A DNA stretch of 64,000 nt from assembly GCA_039934415.1 (NCBI GenBank), contig JBDTME010000004.1, positions 632-64,631 on the forward strand. The letters run 5' to 3'. Of this stretch, positions 39,718 through 47,812 are shown piece by piece. A model generated the notes under the pieces. The model saw nothing but the letters and a program-made list of their open reading frames with translations. It searched no databases and had not been told where the DNA came from. Source of the stretch: Patescibacteria group bacterium. GTDB taxonomy: Bacteria > Patescibacteriota > Microgenomatia > UBA1400 > PJMF01. Within the stretch, counting starts at the first letter, position 1; each line of letters opens with the position of its first letter. A program made the position numbers and the translations under genes.

Positions 39718-39900
39718 TTATCTTACTTCGATATTGAACACTTTGCTTGGTGTCTGAAAATCGACTTTTCCTAGCCATCGATTCTTGAATCTTGGAACCA
39801 CTTTATCCAGATCACTGAAATAGAACGTTAGTGCATACTTCTCTTTGTATACTACTTCTGGGTGATTTCGCCCCAAAAAGGTAAATCTGGGGTTTTTCAC
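39718..39900 (-). CDS. small hypothetical protein (60 aa); weak resemblance to the extreme C-terminus of IS30-type transposases
   Basis: VPRFKNRWLGKVDFQTPSKVF compared with IS30 NTRPRKTLGWKTPAEAF; start overlaps the upstream stop (ATGA). Confidence 0.3.
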   Translation of the reverse strand: MKNPRFTFLGRNHPEVVYKEKYALTFYFSDLDKVVPRFKNRWLGKVDFQTPSKVFNIEVR

Positions 39901-40259
39901 TCTTGTTTTGCTCGATTTATTTTTATTAAATCAGTGACGACGTGAGTGGGAATGATTTTTTCGACTATTGTCGTGATATCTTCTTCTGTCACATCGCTTT
40001 CTAATGCGTGCTCAATGCAGACAAGCAATATACAAGCAAAATAAATGGCATACTCGACGGGGGCCGTTCTTGCTGCTTCCAGGTCCGTAGCTGACATTTG
40101 AACATCACTAAGTGGTCGACTAGTAAAACTAAGATTCGTTTCCTGTTTTGCTAGGGTTGCGGCAATCATCATCACATTCTGGAAAGTGCGTAGATCTGCT
40201 TGCTGTATTTCCGATGGATTTTGGTGCATGATGCCCAACCATTTTTCAAAATCAAACAT
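39897..40259 (-). CDS. hypothetical protein (120 aa)
   Basis: ORF translationally coupled to 39718-39900; no motif. Confidence 0.4.
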   Translation of the reverse strand: MFDFEKWLGIMHQNPSEIQQADLRTFQNVMMIAATLAKQETNLSFTSRPLSDVQMSATDLEAARTAPVEYAIYFACILLVCIEHALESDVTEEDITTIVEKIIPTHVVTDLIKINRAKQE

Positions 40260-40378
40260 AAAGATCCTTTTAAAATTAATGTTTTATTGATTGCTAGTCT
40301 ATCATGGAGGTTGATATAAAGAGCATAATTCGTCTTCTTGAGTTTTGTATCAAGTATAGCGATAATACACCTTCAGTT

Positions 40379-40462
40379 GCCGATGTGGCGAAATTGGTAG
40401 ACGCGTACGCTTCAGGAGCGTATGGGAGCAATCCCTTGGAGGTTCGAGTCCTCTCATCGGCA
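40379..40462 (+). tRNA. tRNA-Leu (anticodon CAG)
   Basis: Acceptor GCCGATG/CATCGGC, anticodon loop TTCAGGA, long variable arm, T-loop GGTTCGAGTCC. Confidence 0.85.
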
Positions 40463-40493
40463 CAATTTTACTGGTATAATCAAGTTCTTATAC

Positions 40494-40574
40494 GCCCAGG
40501 TGGTGAAATGGTATACACGTACGCTTGAGGTGCGTATGGCGCAAGCCGTGGAGGTTCAAGTCCTCTCCTGGGCA
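40494..40574 (+). tRNA. tRNA-Leu (anticodon GAG)
   Basis: Acceptor GCCCAGG/CCTGGGC, anticodon loop TTGAGGT, long variable arm, T-loop GGTTCAAGTCC. Confidence 0.85.
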
Positions 40575-40583
40575 CAAGAAGAT

Positions 40584-40657
<74 letters not shown>

Positions 40658-40709
40658 CGAGATATCTAGTTTGTTGTATCGTATTGATCTGTTAGAATAA
40701 TCAAATCTT

Positions 40710-40782
40710 GCCAAGCTAGCCAAGGTGGTCACGGCGCGTGTCTGAAAAACACGAGATTGAGGTCCGACTCCTCAGCTTGGCA
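40710..40782 (+). tRNA. tRNA-Phe (anticodon GAA), non-canonical T-loop
   Basis: Acceptor GCCAAGC/GCTTGGC, anticodon stem CGTGT/ACACG with loop CTGAAAA; T-arm TGAGG-TCCGACT-CCTCA has TCC instead of TTC. Confidence 0.6.
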
Positions 40783-40801
40783 CACAAACAATTAGAAATA
40801 T

Positions 40802-40957
40802 TTACTTTCCCAGTACTTGTTTCATCATATTGCCAATGAAGTTAGCAACGAATTTGACCGCTTCCAGGCTATAAACGACAATTGTTTGTATAATATTTTG
40901 ACTAGATTGTGAGATTTTACTGTTTAATTCTCGGCGTTGTTGATAATCGAGTCCCAT
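40802..40957 (-). CDS. small hypothetical protein (51 aa), not in the ORF track
   Basis: AAGGAGG 5 nt upstream of the ATG; MGLDYQQRRELNSKISQSSQNIIQTIVVYSLEAVKFVANFIGNMMKQVLGK. Confidence 0.3.
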   Translation of the reverse strand: MGLDYQQRRELNSKISQSSQNIIQTIVVYSLEAVKFVANFIGNMMKQVLGK

Positions 40958-41030
40958 ATTCCCTCCTTCAGTATCTATGAGTATAATACCATTTGTTTTG
41001 AAGAGAGTTTTTGAGTGGTTTTGAAAATTA

Positions 41031-41110
41031 AAAGTTTGCGGCGGTAGCCAGTGTCCCCCGAAGGAGGATCAGCGGCTACAACAAGTAGAGAGTGTAGAAA
41101 ATTAACATTT
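41031..41110 (+). repeat. degenerate duplicate of the 5' half of tRNA-Gly(GCC) (pseudo-tRNA fragment) with an 18-nt direct repeat AAAGTTTGCGGCGGTAGC
   Basis: AAAGTTTGCGGCGGTAGC occurs at 41031-41048 and again at 41111-41128, where it leads into the intact tRNA. The first copy continues as CAGTGTCCCCCGAAGGAGGA, a mutated D/anticodon arm. Confidence 0.6.
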
Positions 41111-41117
41111 AAAGTTT

Positions 41118-41191
41118 GCGGCGGTAGCTCAGCTGGCTAGAGCGCCTCCTTGCCAAGGAGGAGGTCGCGGGTTCGAATCCCGTTCGCCGCT
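41118..41191 (+). tRNA. tRNA-Gly (anticodon GCC)
   Basis: Acceptor GCGGCGG/TCGCCGC, anticodon loop TTGCCAA, T-loop GGGTTCGAATCCC. Confidence 0.85.
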
Positions 41192-41224
41192 CTCGGGTTT
41201 CACTCGTACTTCCTAGTCCTTTTT

Positions 41225-41295
41225 TGCCGGATGGTGAAGTGGTATCACAGCGGCCTTTGAAGCCGTATTCCTAGGTTCGAATCCTAGTCCGGCAG
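41225..41295 (+). tRNA. tRNA-Gln (anticodon TTG)
   Basis: U1-A72 acceptor TGCCGGA/TCCGGCA, anticodon loop CTTTGAA, T-loop GGTTCGAATCC. Confidence 0.8.
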
Positions 41296-41321
41296 CAAAA
41301 GTCGATGCTATACTTCCTTCA

Positions 41322-41495
41322 TGTCCGAAAAAACCATCATCCTGATTGCAGTATTTGTCAGTTCCACGGTGGGCGGATATTTGCCAGTGCTGTGGGGTGG
41401 GTCACTTTTTTCTTTTAGCTCTGTTTTTTTGAGTGCTATTGGCGGAGTAGTTGCTTTATATTTTTCGTACAAAGCAGTCATGTGACTACCCAAGT
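41322..41495 (+). CDS. small two-helix membrane protein (57 aa), not in the ORF track
   Basis: MSEKTIILIAVFVSSTVGGYLPVLWGGSLFSFSSVFLSAIGGVVALYFSYKAVM; preferred over the antisense 63-aa track ORF (41308-41499) because of its coherent hydrophobic pattern. Confidence 0.3.
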
Positions 41496-42466
41496 CCAAC
41501 TTTTTCTTTCACTTCTTTGATAGTTTCTTCAGCAATGGCTCTGGCCTTTTGAGCGCCTTCTCGAATGATCTGATCAATGTATTCCGGATTCTTCTCTAAC
41601 TCTGAGCGTTTTTCCTGAAGTGGTTTGAGTTCATCAAAGATAGCTTGAGTAACAGCCTCCTTCAACTCTACAAACTTCAAAGAGCCATCTTCAAATTGCT
41701 TTTTGAATGCTTCGACCTGGTCAGGCGCTAATATGTGTAGAAAATCAAACAACGTTTTGATCCCACCTGTTATTTCTCCCCCAGCTGTAGTTGCAGTAGG
41801 AACAGATCGAACTTTTTTCCGAATCTCATCGATTGAATCAGTCAAATTGATAAAACTACCTTCCACAGATTTGCTCATTTTGCCTTCACCACTAAGTGAC
41901 GGGACATAACCACCTTCTGTCGCAAATCGTTTTGGTTCTGGGAAATCAGTGCCATACTTACTATTCATTGATCGAGCAATCTCCCTAGAAACTTCAAGAT
42001 GTGGCTCTTGATCGATGCCTACTGGCACAAGATCGGCTTTGTAGAGCAGAATGTCAGCTGACATCAAGATAGGGTAATTAAGCAACGCCATCGTGGCGTG
42101 TTGAGGGTGTTGTTTGACTTTATCTTTAAACGTTGGCAAGTGTTGCATTTTGGCAATTGTGACAACCGAAGAAAGATAAAAAGCTAACTCAAAATGCTGA
42201 GTGACTTGTGCTTGTTGAAATAAAATTGACTTATTTGGGTCCAAACCAGCAGCCAGATAATCGACGATTACCTCACGACGATTCACCCGAAGTTCTTCTA
42301 CAGTGTACGGAGTTGTGAGCGTGTGGGCATCTGCCACCATGTACAGCGTTTCGTATTCAGAATTATTTTGGAGGTCTAGCATCCCTTTTACCGCACCCAG
42401 ATAGTTACCTAAGTGAAGTCGGCCGGTTGCCCGAATACCTGAAAGCACACGTTTTTTGTTTGTCAT
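41486..42466 (-). CDS. trpS: tryptophanyl-tRNA synthetase
   Basis: RVLSGIRATGRLHLGNYLGA (HIGH-type motif) and KMSKS-type motif (GKMSKS); 326 aa. Confidence 0.9.
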   Translation of the reverse strand: MTNKKRVLSGIRATGRLHLGNYLGAVKGMLDLQNNSEYETLYMVADAHTLTTPYTVEELRVNRREVIVDYLAAGLDPNKSILFQQAQVTQHFELAFYLSSVVTIAKMQHLPTFKDKVKQHPQHATMALLNYPILMSADILLYKADLVPVGIDQEPHLEVSREIARSMNSKYGTDFPEPKRFATEGGYVPSLSGEGKMSKSVEGSFINLTDSIDEIRKKVRSVPTATTAGGEITGGIKTLFDFLHILAPDQVEAFKKQFEDGSLKFVELKEAVTQAIFDELKPLQEKRSELEKNPEYIDQIIREGAQKARAIAEETIKEVKEKVGLG

Positions 42467-42508
42467 AAGTTTTCCTAAATTATTTCTATTGTATAATACT
42501 TTTTTGCA

Positions 42509-42540
42509 GTGAGACCCCGATATTTTATCGGGGTCTCACT
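42509..42540 (-). promoter_or_regulatory. perfect 14-bp hairpin (GTGAGACCCCGATA-TTTT-TATCGGGGTCTCAC) in the trpS leader
   Basis: Sits 43 nt upstream of the trpS ATG on the coding strand. It is followed by an A-tract rather than a U-tract on that strand, so it is not a canonical terminator. Confidence 0.45.
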
Positions 42541-42602
42541 CAATGCTTTTCGCCGTTTGCGGCAAATCTCAGAAAGGCACGTCTTTAATTTTCTGCGCAA
42601 TG

Positions 42603-42800
42603 CTAAAACCACCAACTCCCGCTCATGAACGGACGGGAATCGTGCTGCTCTACGTTCTCATCTTTACTTTCTTTCTCAGGTTTCTTAGCCGGCTCCGCCT
42701 TTTTTGGCCTGAAGTGGAAGATGATTTTCTTCAAGCTTATTTTTCTGAAAATCTTGATGTGTAACAGTACTAGATATCTGAATTTCTGTATTGTGTTCAC
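42603..42800 (-). CDS. small ORF (65 aa) ending ...SGSWWF-stop, directly upstream of trpS; candidate leader/regulatory peptide
   Basis: GTG start preceded by AAGGAG (6-nt spacer). Tandem TGG TGG codons sit 2 codons before the TAG stop. The stop lies 8 nt from a CAGAAA/TTTCTG hairpin (42570-42595). Confidence 0.35.
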   Translation of the reverse strand: MNTIQKFRYLVLLHIKIFRKISLKKIIFHFRPKKAEPAKKPEKESKDENVEQHDSRPFMSGSWWF

Positions 42801-42836
42801 TGTACTCTCCTTAAAGCTCTACCAAAGTGGAATTGA

Positions 42837-42941
42837 TTAGAACCCTACAATCACTCCTGACTTAGCTGCTACCGTGAGTAGCGCGACGCCCAATCCAATC
42901 AGGAATAGTACTGCATACAACACGACATCTTTCTTGTTCAT
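42837..42941 (-). CDS. hydrophobic peptide ORF (34 aa), not in the ORF track
   Basis: AAGGAG 9 nt upstream of the ATG; MNKKDVVLYAVLFLIGLGVALLTVAAKSGVIVGF; preceded on the same strand by hairpin CCCGCC-GAAGCTTA-GGCGGG (43021-43040). Confidence 0.35.
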   Translation of the reverse strand: MNKKDVVLYAVLFLIGLGVALLTVAAKSGVIVGF

Positions 42942-43454
42942 CAAGAGTTTCTCCTTTCTGAAAACTATCAGCGCATCTCCGTTTCCACGTTATGTGGAAG
43001 TTTCGACACACTGCTGTTTCCCGCCTAAGCTTCGGCGGGAATTGAGCAATGTGTTAACTACTGGCGATTTCTGACAGCTATTTCTGCATAAATGAAAGTC
43101 ATGTTTCCTTCCTCAAATATTTCAAAATTAGTATGAATGCCAAATTGATAAAAAAGTCGCCCATTAATTTTTCTAATTTGTGAGTTAGATAAAACAGTAC
43201 CGACTTTAACTCGATAATTATCTTTAAGTTTTTTCCTGCCAAACTAATGAGATAGAATGCACGATGTGATCAGTTAAATCAGCCGTTTTAGTCAGCTGAA
43301 TCTCTGGCATCTCTTTTAAGACTGTATCAGTTACTGTTTCTATTTGATGAATTGACATAGGAACTCCTACTGTGAGCTTCTTTCACGATTTTTTAATTTG
43401 TTTTTTTCTAATTCTTCTGCTGTCAAAAATATCAGAAAGTAATTTCCGGTGTAA

Positions 43455-43613
43455 TCAATAATCCTGCCAAAGACGACCTTGTTCTATTGCTTCAACAACG
43501 CCTGACAACTTTCGTTGCAGAAAAATTTTCTCAACATTTTCTAGTGGATCATCTATTGATTTAGGACCCGGTATATTTACTTTGAGTTCGATTCTTTTTG
43601 CTCTTTCTAACAT
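43455..43613 (-). CDS. small hypothetical protein (52 aa from the ATG; the track ORF uses an upstream TTG)
   Basis: AGGA 6 nt upstream of ATG; MLERAKRIELKVNIPGPKSIDDPLENVEKIFLQRKLSGVVEAIEQGRLWQDY. Confidence 0.3.
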   Translation of the reverse strand: MLERAKRIELKVNIPGPKSIDDPLENVEKIFLQRKLSGVVEAIEQGRLWQDY

Positions 43614-43643
43614 ATTTTTCCTTATTATTTTATTTTTTAACCA

Positions 43644-43667
43644 CAAAAAAACTCCCTTTAGGGGAGC
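43644..43667 (-). terminator. intrinsic terminator (stem CTCCC/GGGAG plus T7 on the minus strand)
   Basis: On the minus strand it reads GCTCCCCTAAAGGGAGTTTTTTTG, downstream of the methyltransferase gene. Confidence 0.5.
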
Positions 43668-43806
43668 TGTACTATTGCTTGATAATTCTTATTGATTTAG
43701 CCGCAACAATTCTCCCCTTAGCTTAAGGTGGAGTGCCAACTTACGATAGTCAGTTGATATTGTTGCATTAGAGGAATTGTACCAATTGTTTTGAGTGTGT
43801 GCAAGT

Positions 43807-44544
43807 CTATTTTTGCAATACTACGTAAATGTTGCTTTGGTTCTCCTTACCGTCGGCGTAAAACTGAGCCACTTTAGTTAGTGAAAGTGTCTCGACCAGT
43901 CTCTCGATTTCTTTCTGGTCTATCAGATGACAATAGCGAATTGCATGCTCTCCCCGTTGCCAATCGAGCAGAAAATCATTTTTTTCTAATTGTGTTTGGT
44001 CAAGATCTGGACATTTTGTCCATGGAATAATTCGTTCCTTTAATTGGGGAATTTTCGTAAACTGCCAGGCAGTGAAAATGAGTAACCCGCCTTTATTTAG
44101 TTTTTGCTTCAACCGTTTGAGTAGTGCTGCTCTTTCGTCAAAACTGGGAATGTGATGCAACACCGCTATCAGGACAATAACGTCATACGTTCCCTCAAGT
44201 TCGGAAATGCGTTGTTTGTTCATCAAATCGAGCGCAATAAACTTGCCTTTAAAAAGCTTTTTTCGCCCCGCAGTTAATAATTCTGCACTATTATCAATTC
44301 CCACATACTCTAATTCATGAATGTGCTCAGTTAAGAACTCTCCAAACCGACCATTTCCGCAGCCAGCATCGAGAACTCTCAGTGGTTGAGGTTGTTTCCA
44401 TAGAAATTGAAGTAGCTTTGACCATCCTTCCCAGGCTTTCTGGCGAGTGACATCAAATTCACTCCAGACAGTTTGGTAAAACTGTTGATTCAGGTTGTTG
44501 AGGAGTTGTTGAGTCTTAGAGTTCATCAGGAAATTATACTGCAT
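43807..44544 (-). CDS. class I SAM-dependent methyltransferase
   Basis: Motif I VLDAGCGNGRFGEF and post-I acidic residue. Confidence 0.75.
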   Translation of the reverse strand: MQYNFLMNSKTQQLLNNLNQQFYQTVWSEFDVTRQKAWEGWSKLLQFLWKQPQPLRVLDAGCGNGRFGEFLTEHIHELEYVGIDNSAELLTAGRKKLFKGKFIALDLMNKQRISELEGTYDVIVLIAVLHHIPSFDERAALLKRLKQKLNKGGLLIFTAWQFTKIPQLKERIIPWTKCPDLDQTQLEKNDFLLDWQRGEHAIRYCHLIDQKEIERLVETLSLTKVAQFYADGKENQSNIYVVLQK

Positions 44545-44582
44545 AATGAGCTTATAGGCTGTTTTTCTGGTAAAATAGCCAG

Positions 44583-46400
44583 ATGTCGACGTTTAATTTC
44601 GATCCAGCTGAGTTTAAAGAAAGTCTCTTACCTCTTCTCAATGAGTTAGTTATTGTGCCAGATTTAGGTCAAAAAGGTTTTTACAAAATCGTTCGAAAAC
44701 ACCAACGTCCAGACGGAAACCTCTTTTCTAAAGATCAAATATTAAGCGGATATCGTTACTTTGTTGATCAGGGCATTCTGAGAGTTCAGTCCCATGAATT
44801 TCTTCAAAAACTGCAAACTAAGCCTGTCCGCACTGCATCAGGCGTAACCCCCGTCACTGTGCTTACCAAACCGTTTCCTTGTCCTGGGAAATGCATTTTT
44901 TGTCCAAATGATATCCGGATGCCCAAAAGCTACTTGAGTGATGAGCCCGGTGCTCAGCGAGCAGAGCGCAATCAATTTGATCCCTACCTCCAAGCCTTCA
45001 ACCGCTTGCAAGCCTTTAAGAATATTGGCCACTCCATCGATAAGGTTGAAATTATTATCTTAGGTGGTACGTGGTCATTTTACCCAGAAGAGTATCAAAT
45101 TTGGTTTATTAAACGTTGTTTCGACGCTCTCAATGATTTTGGTGCTGGTCGAAATGACATGGAACGACTAGAAAAACTATACCAAACGAAAAATGATAAG
45201 TTAGAAGTTGAGTCTCGAACGCGAAACGAGAAAGTCTCAAAAAAAATCATAGATGGTGAAACACTAGAAAGAACTTACAACCAAGTGATATCTGAGCTAT
45301 ACACTGCACCAGATAAATTACTCAAACTGGATTCTGATCAAACTGCGACTTGGGCAGAGTTAGAGCTAGCTCATAAAGAAAACGAAACAACTCAAGTTCG
45401 TTGTGTCGGATTAGTGATAGAGACACGACCGGATAATATTTCAGAAGCTGAAGTACTGCGGATTCGTCGACTGGGTTGTACCAAAACTCAGATAGGTATC
45501 CAGTCTTTGCAAGATGAAGTGTTGGAAAAAAATAAAAGAGGTCATGATGTGGCTGCAACTCGGCGGGCATTTGCATTATTGCGGCAGGCAGGTTTTAAAA
45601 TTCATGCCCACTGGATGCCCAACTTATATGGCAGTAGTCCTGAAAAAGATATCGAAGATTATAAAAAATTATTTAGCGATGATGACTTTAAACCGGATGA
45701 GCTCAAGATTTATCCGTGCTCTTTAATCAGCTCTGCTGAACTCATGCAGTATTACAAAAAAGATTTATGGCATCCTTACACTGATCAGGAATTGTCGAAA
45801 GTGCTGACTGAGAGTTTGATGTTGACTCCTGAGTACTGTCGACTGACGCGTGTCATTCGTGATATACCTTCGACTGATATCGTGGTCGGTAATAAAAAAA
45901 CTAACTATCGTGAGATAGCAGAAAAATCTTTAGCAGATCAAGGCTTACAATCAAAAGACATTCGAGCCAGAGAAATCAAAAGTCAACAGGTCAGTTTAGA
46001 TGATCTTCACCTCGATGAGATACACTACTCTACCTCAGTCAGTGATGAAGTCTTTATTCAATTCATTACAAAAGAAAGAAAAATAGCTGGCTTTTTGCGA
46101 CTTTCCTTACCGAAACGAAATGGATTTATTGAAGAGATACATGACTCAGCTATGATTCGAGAAGTGCACGTGTATGGCCAAACGACACAAATCGGTGAAG
46201 CTCCAACTGAGTTAGCAGGCAAACATGATAAAGCACAACATTTGGGGTTAGGAAAACGCTTAATTGAACGAGCCAAAGAACTTGCAAGTGAAGCTCACTT
46301 TAATAAACTTCAGGTCATTTCTGCAATTGGCACCCGTGAATATTATCGCAAACAGGGTTTCCAAGATGGTACACTGTATCAGTATATAGAATTGAGTTAA
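44583..46400 (+). CDS. elp3: Elp3-family radical SAM / GNAT protein (tRNA uridine-34 modification acetyltransferase-like)
   Basis: Radical SAM CxxxCxxC (PCPGKCIFCP), Elp3 block IIILGGTWSFYP, C-terminal GNAT motif (HLGLGKRLIERAKELA). Confidence 0.7.
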   Translation: MSTFNFDPAEFKESLLPLLNELVIVPDLGQKGFYKIVRKHQRPDGNLFSKDQILSGYRYFVDQGILRVQSHEFLQKLQTKPVRTASGVTPVTVLTKPFPCPGKCIFCPNDIRMPKSYLSDEPGAQRAERNQFDPYLQAFNRLQAFKNIGHSIDKVEIIILGGTWSFYPEEYQIWFIKRCFDALNDFGAGRNDMERLEKLYQTKNDKLEVESRTRNEKVSKKIIDGETLERTYNQVISELYTAPDKLLKLDSDQTATWAELELAHKENETTQVRCVGLVIETRPDNISEAEVLRIRRLGCTKTQIGIQSLQDEVLEKNKRGHDVAATRRAFALLRQAGFKIHAHWMPNLYGSSPEKDIEDYKKLFSDDDFKPDELKIYPCSLISSAELMQYYKKDLWHPYTDQELSKVLTESLMLTPEYCRLTRVIRDIPSTDIVVGNKKTNYREIAEKSLADQGLQSKDIRAREIKSQQVSLDDLHLDEIHYSTSVSDEVFIQFITKERKIAGFLRLSLPKRNGFIEEIHDSAMIREVHVYGQTTQIGEAPTELAGKHDKAQHLGLGKRLIERAKELASEAHFNKLQVISAIGTREYYRKQGFQDGTLYQYIELS

Positions 46401-46948
46401 TGTTTGATTTTAATTGGCAAACACCAGCTACTCTAAAAGACGGATCAACTGTTATTTTAAGATACCCTACTGTTGACGATGCTGAAAAATTGCAGTATTT
46501 CATCAATCCAATTGTCAAAGAAGACACTTTCATTTTGCTTAATGAGGATCAGACGCTCAATCAAGAAAAAGCATATCTTGCAAATATTATTTCCATGATG
46601 CATCAAAAGACAGCCATAAAAATTTGTGGCTATGCTGAAAATAAAATCGTGGCTGCAGCTGACGTTACGAGGTACCTCTATAAACAAAACCACGTAGGCA
46701 GACTGGGAATTTCTATCAGTCAAGAATATCGCGGAATGGGTTTGGGAAAAATTCTGATGACTGAGATGTTGAAACAGGCAAAAGACATTTTGGGTTTAAA
46801 GATGATTGAATTGACTTGTTATGCTGATAACCTTGCTGGTCAACGTTTATACACTTCTTTAGGTTTTGTGGAATACGGACGGGTACCTGGTGCAATTTTC
46901 TACAAAGGGAAGTACGTAGATCAACTGAATTTTTATAAAGAGTTATAA
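46400..46948 (+). CDS. GNAT family N-acetyltransferase
   Basis: Acetyl-CoA binding motif ISISQEYRGMGLGKILM. Confidence 0.75.
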   Translation: MFDFNWQTPATLKDGSTVILRYPTVDDAEKLQYFINPIVKEDTFILLNEDQTLNQEKAYLANIISMMHQKTAIKICGYAENKIVAAADVTRYLYKQNHVGRLGISISQEYRGMGLGKILMTEMLKQAKDILGLKMIELTCYADNLAGQRLYTSLGFVEYGRVPGAIFYKGKYVDQLNFYKEL

Positions 46949-46958
46949 CTTTTCTTTG

Positions 46959-47041
46959 TGCCGAAGGAGGGACTCGAACCCTCACATCCTTGCGGATATC
47001 AGATTTTAAGTCTGACGTGTCTACCATTTCACCACTTCGGC
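46959..47041 (-). tRNA. tRNA-Leu (anticodon TAA)
   Basis: Acceptor GCCGAAG/CTTCGGC, anticodon loop CTTAAAA, long variable arm, T-loop GGGTTCGAGTCCC. Confidence 0.85.
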
Positions 47042-47101
47042 TGGTTACAGAATCTCTATTTTAGCATTTTTTTCGAGAAGGTGAACTGTTATACTCTGTA
47101 C

Positions 47102-47812
47102 ATGTTTTCAAAAAAACTTCAGGGCTACACCTTTTTTTACTCAAACGATATCGAATTTCGCTATCTGTATGAGGAGATTTTCAAAAAGTACATCTACTAT
47201 GTGCAGCTGGAAACGATGGAACCTCGAATTTTGGACTGTGGTGCCCACATTGGATTAGCGTGTATTTACTTCAAGTCTACTTATCCTGGTGCTCGTATTA
47301 CTGCTTTTGAACCGGAACCACCAAATTTAGAATTATTGAAGGAGAATTTGCAAATTAATCAAATGACTGACGTTGAGATCATTCCGAAAGCGTTGTGGTC
47401 AACCGAAGGGCAAATGCAGCTGCATGTCGATATTGATCAGGAGAACCACTGGTCCTCTACCAGCTCGTTACTCAAGGGATCGTGGACGACGAAGCAACCG
47501 ACGGCACCAATTGTGGTTGAAACCGTCAAGTTGAGTACTTATCTGAATGAGCCAATTGATATTTTAAAAATTGATATTGAGGGTGCTGAAACTGAGGTTC
47601 TGAAGGAGTGTCGCGATCAGTTGGTGAACGTGAAGTATTTGTTTGTAGAATTTCACGCAACTCGGTTGCATCGTCCAGAGGAACTTGTCACCTTGTTGAT
47701 GAACTCCGGTTTTGAACTCACGGTTTTTGCTGATAACCAAGAAGTTCCACTCAATAGAATGACCCGTCGCAAACCCACACTGTACATGATAGAGGCAGTT
47801 AGAAACACTTAG
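47102..47812 (+). CDS. FkbM-family methyltransferase
   Basis: [15 protein letters not shown] and LKIDIEGAE motifs. Start moved to MFSKKL (ATG 47102) because the track ORF's N-terminus is antisense to the tRNA. Confidence 0.65.
   Translation: MFSKKLQGYTFFYSNDIEFRYLYEEIFKKYIYYVQLETMEPRILDCGAHIGLACIYFKSTYPGARITAFEPEPPNLELLKENLQINQMTDVEIIPKALWSTEGQMQLHVDIDQENHWSSTSSLLKGSWTTKQPTAPIVVETVKLSTYLNEPIDILKIDIEGAETEVLKECRDQLVNVKYLFVEFHATRLHRPEELVTLLMNSGFELTVFADNQEVPLNRMTRRKPTLYMIEAVRNT

Noticed and set aside
39718-39900. Intact IS30 element
   Set aside because: Only a roughly 20-aa C-terminal resemblance. There is no DDE domain and there are no inverted repeats, so at most it is a remnant.
42467-42800. 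T-box riboswitch upstream of trpS
   Set aside because: The minus-strand leader was searched for the T-box consensus (AGGGTGGNACCGCG). Only GGTGG and GCGGG were present, in the wrong order. A peptide-based leader was proposed instead.
42874-43074. Track ORF 42874-43074 (+) and others at 42543-42840
   Set aside because: No RBS, and they sit opposite the RBS-bearing minus-strand small ORFs. They are likely spurious.
42470-43810. RNase P RNA, tmRNA, SRP RNA or 6S RNA in the 1.3-kb ORF-poor stretch
   Set aside because: No GGAAAGTCCGG (P4), no tRNA-like tmRNA termini, and no GGAAGGAAGCAGC SRP motif. The region is better explained by small RBS-bearing ORFs and hairpins.
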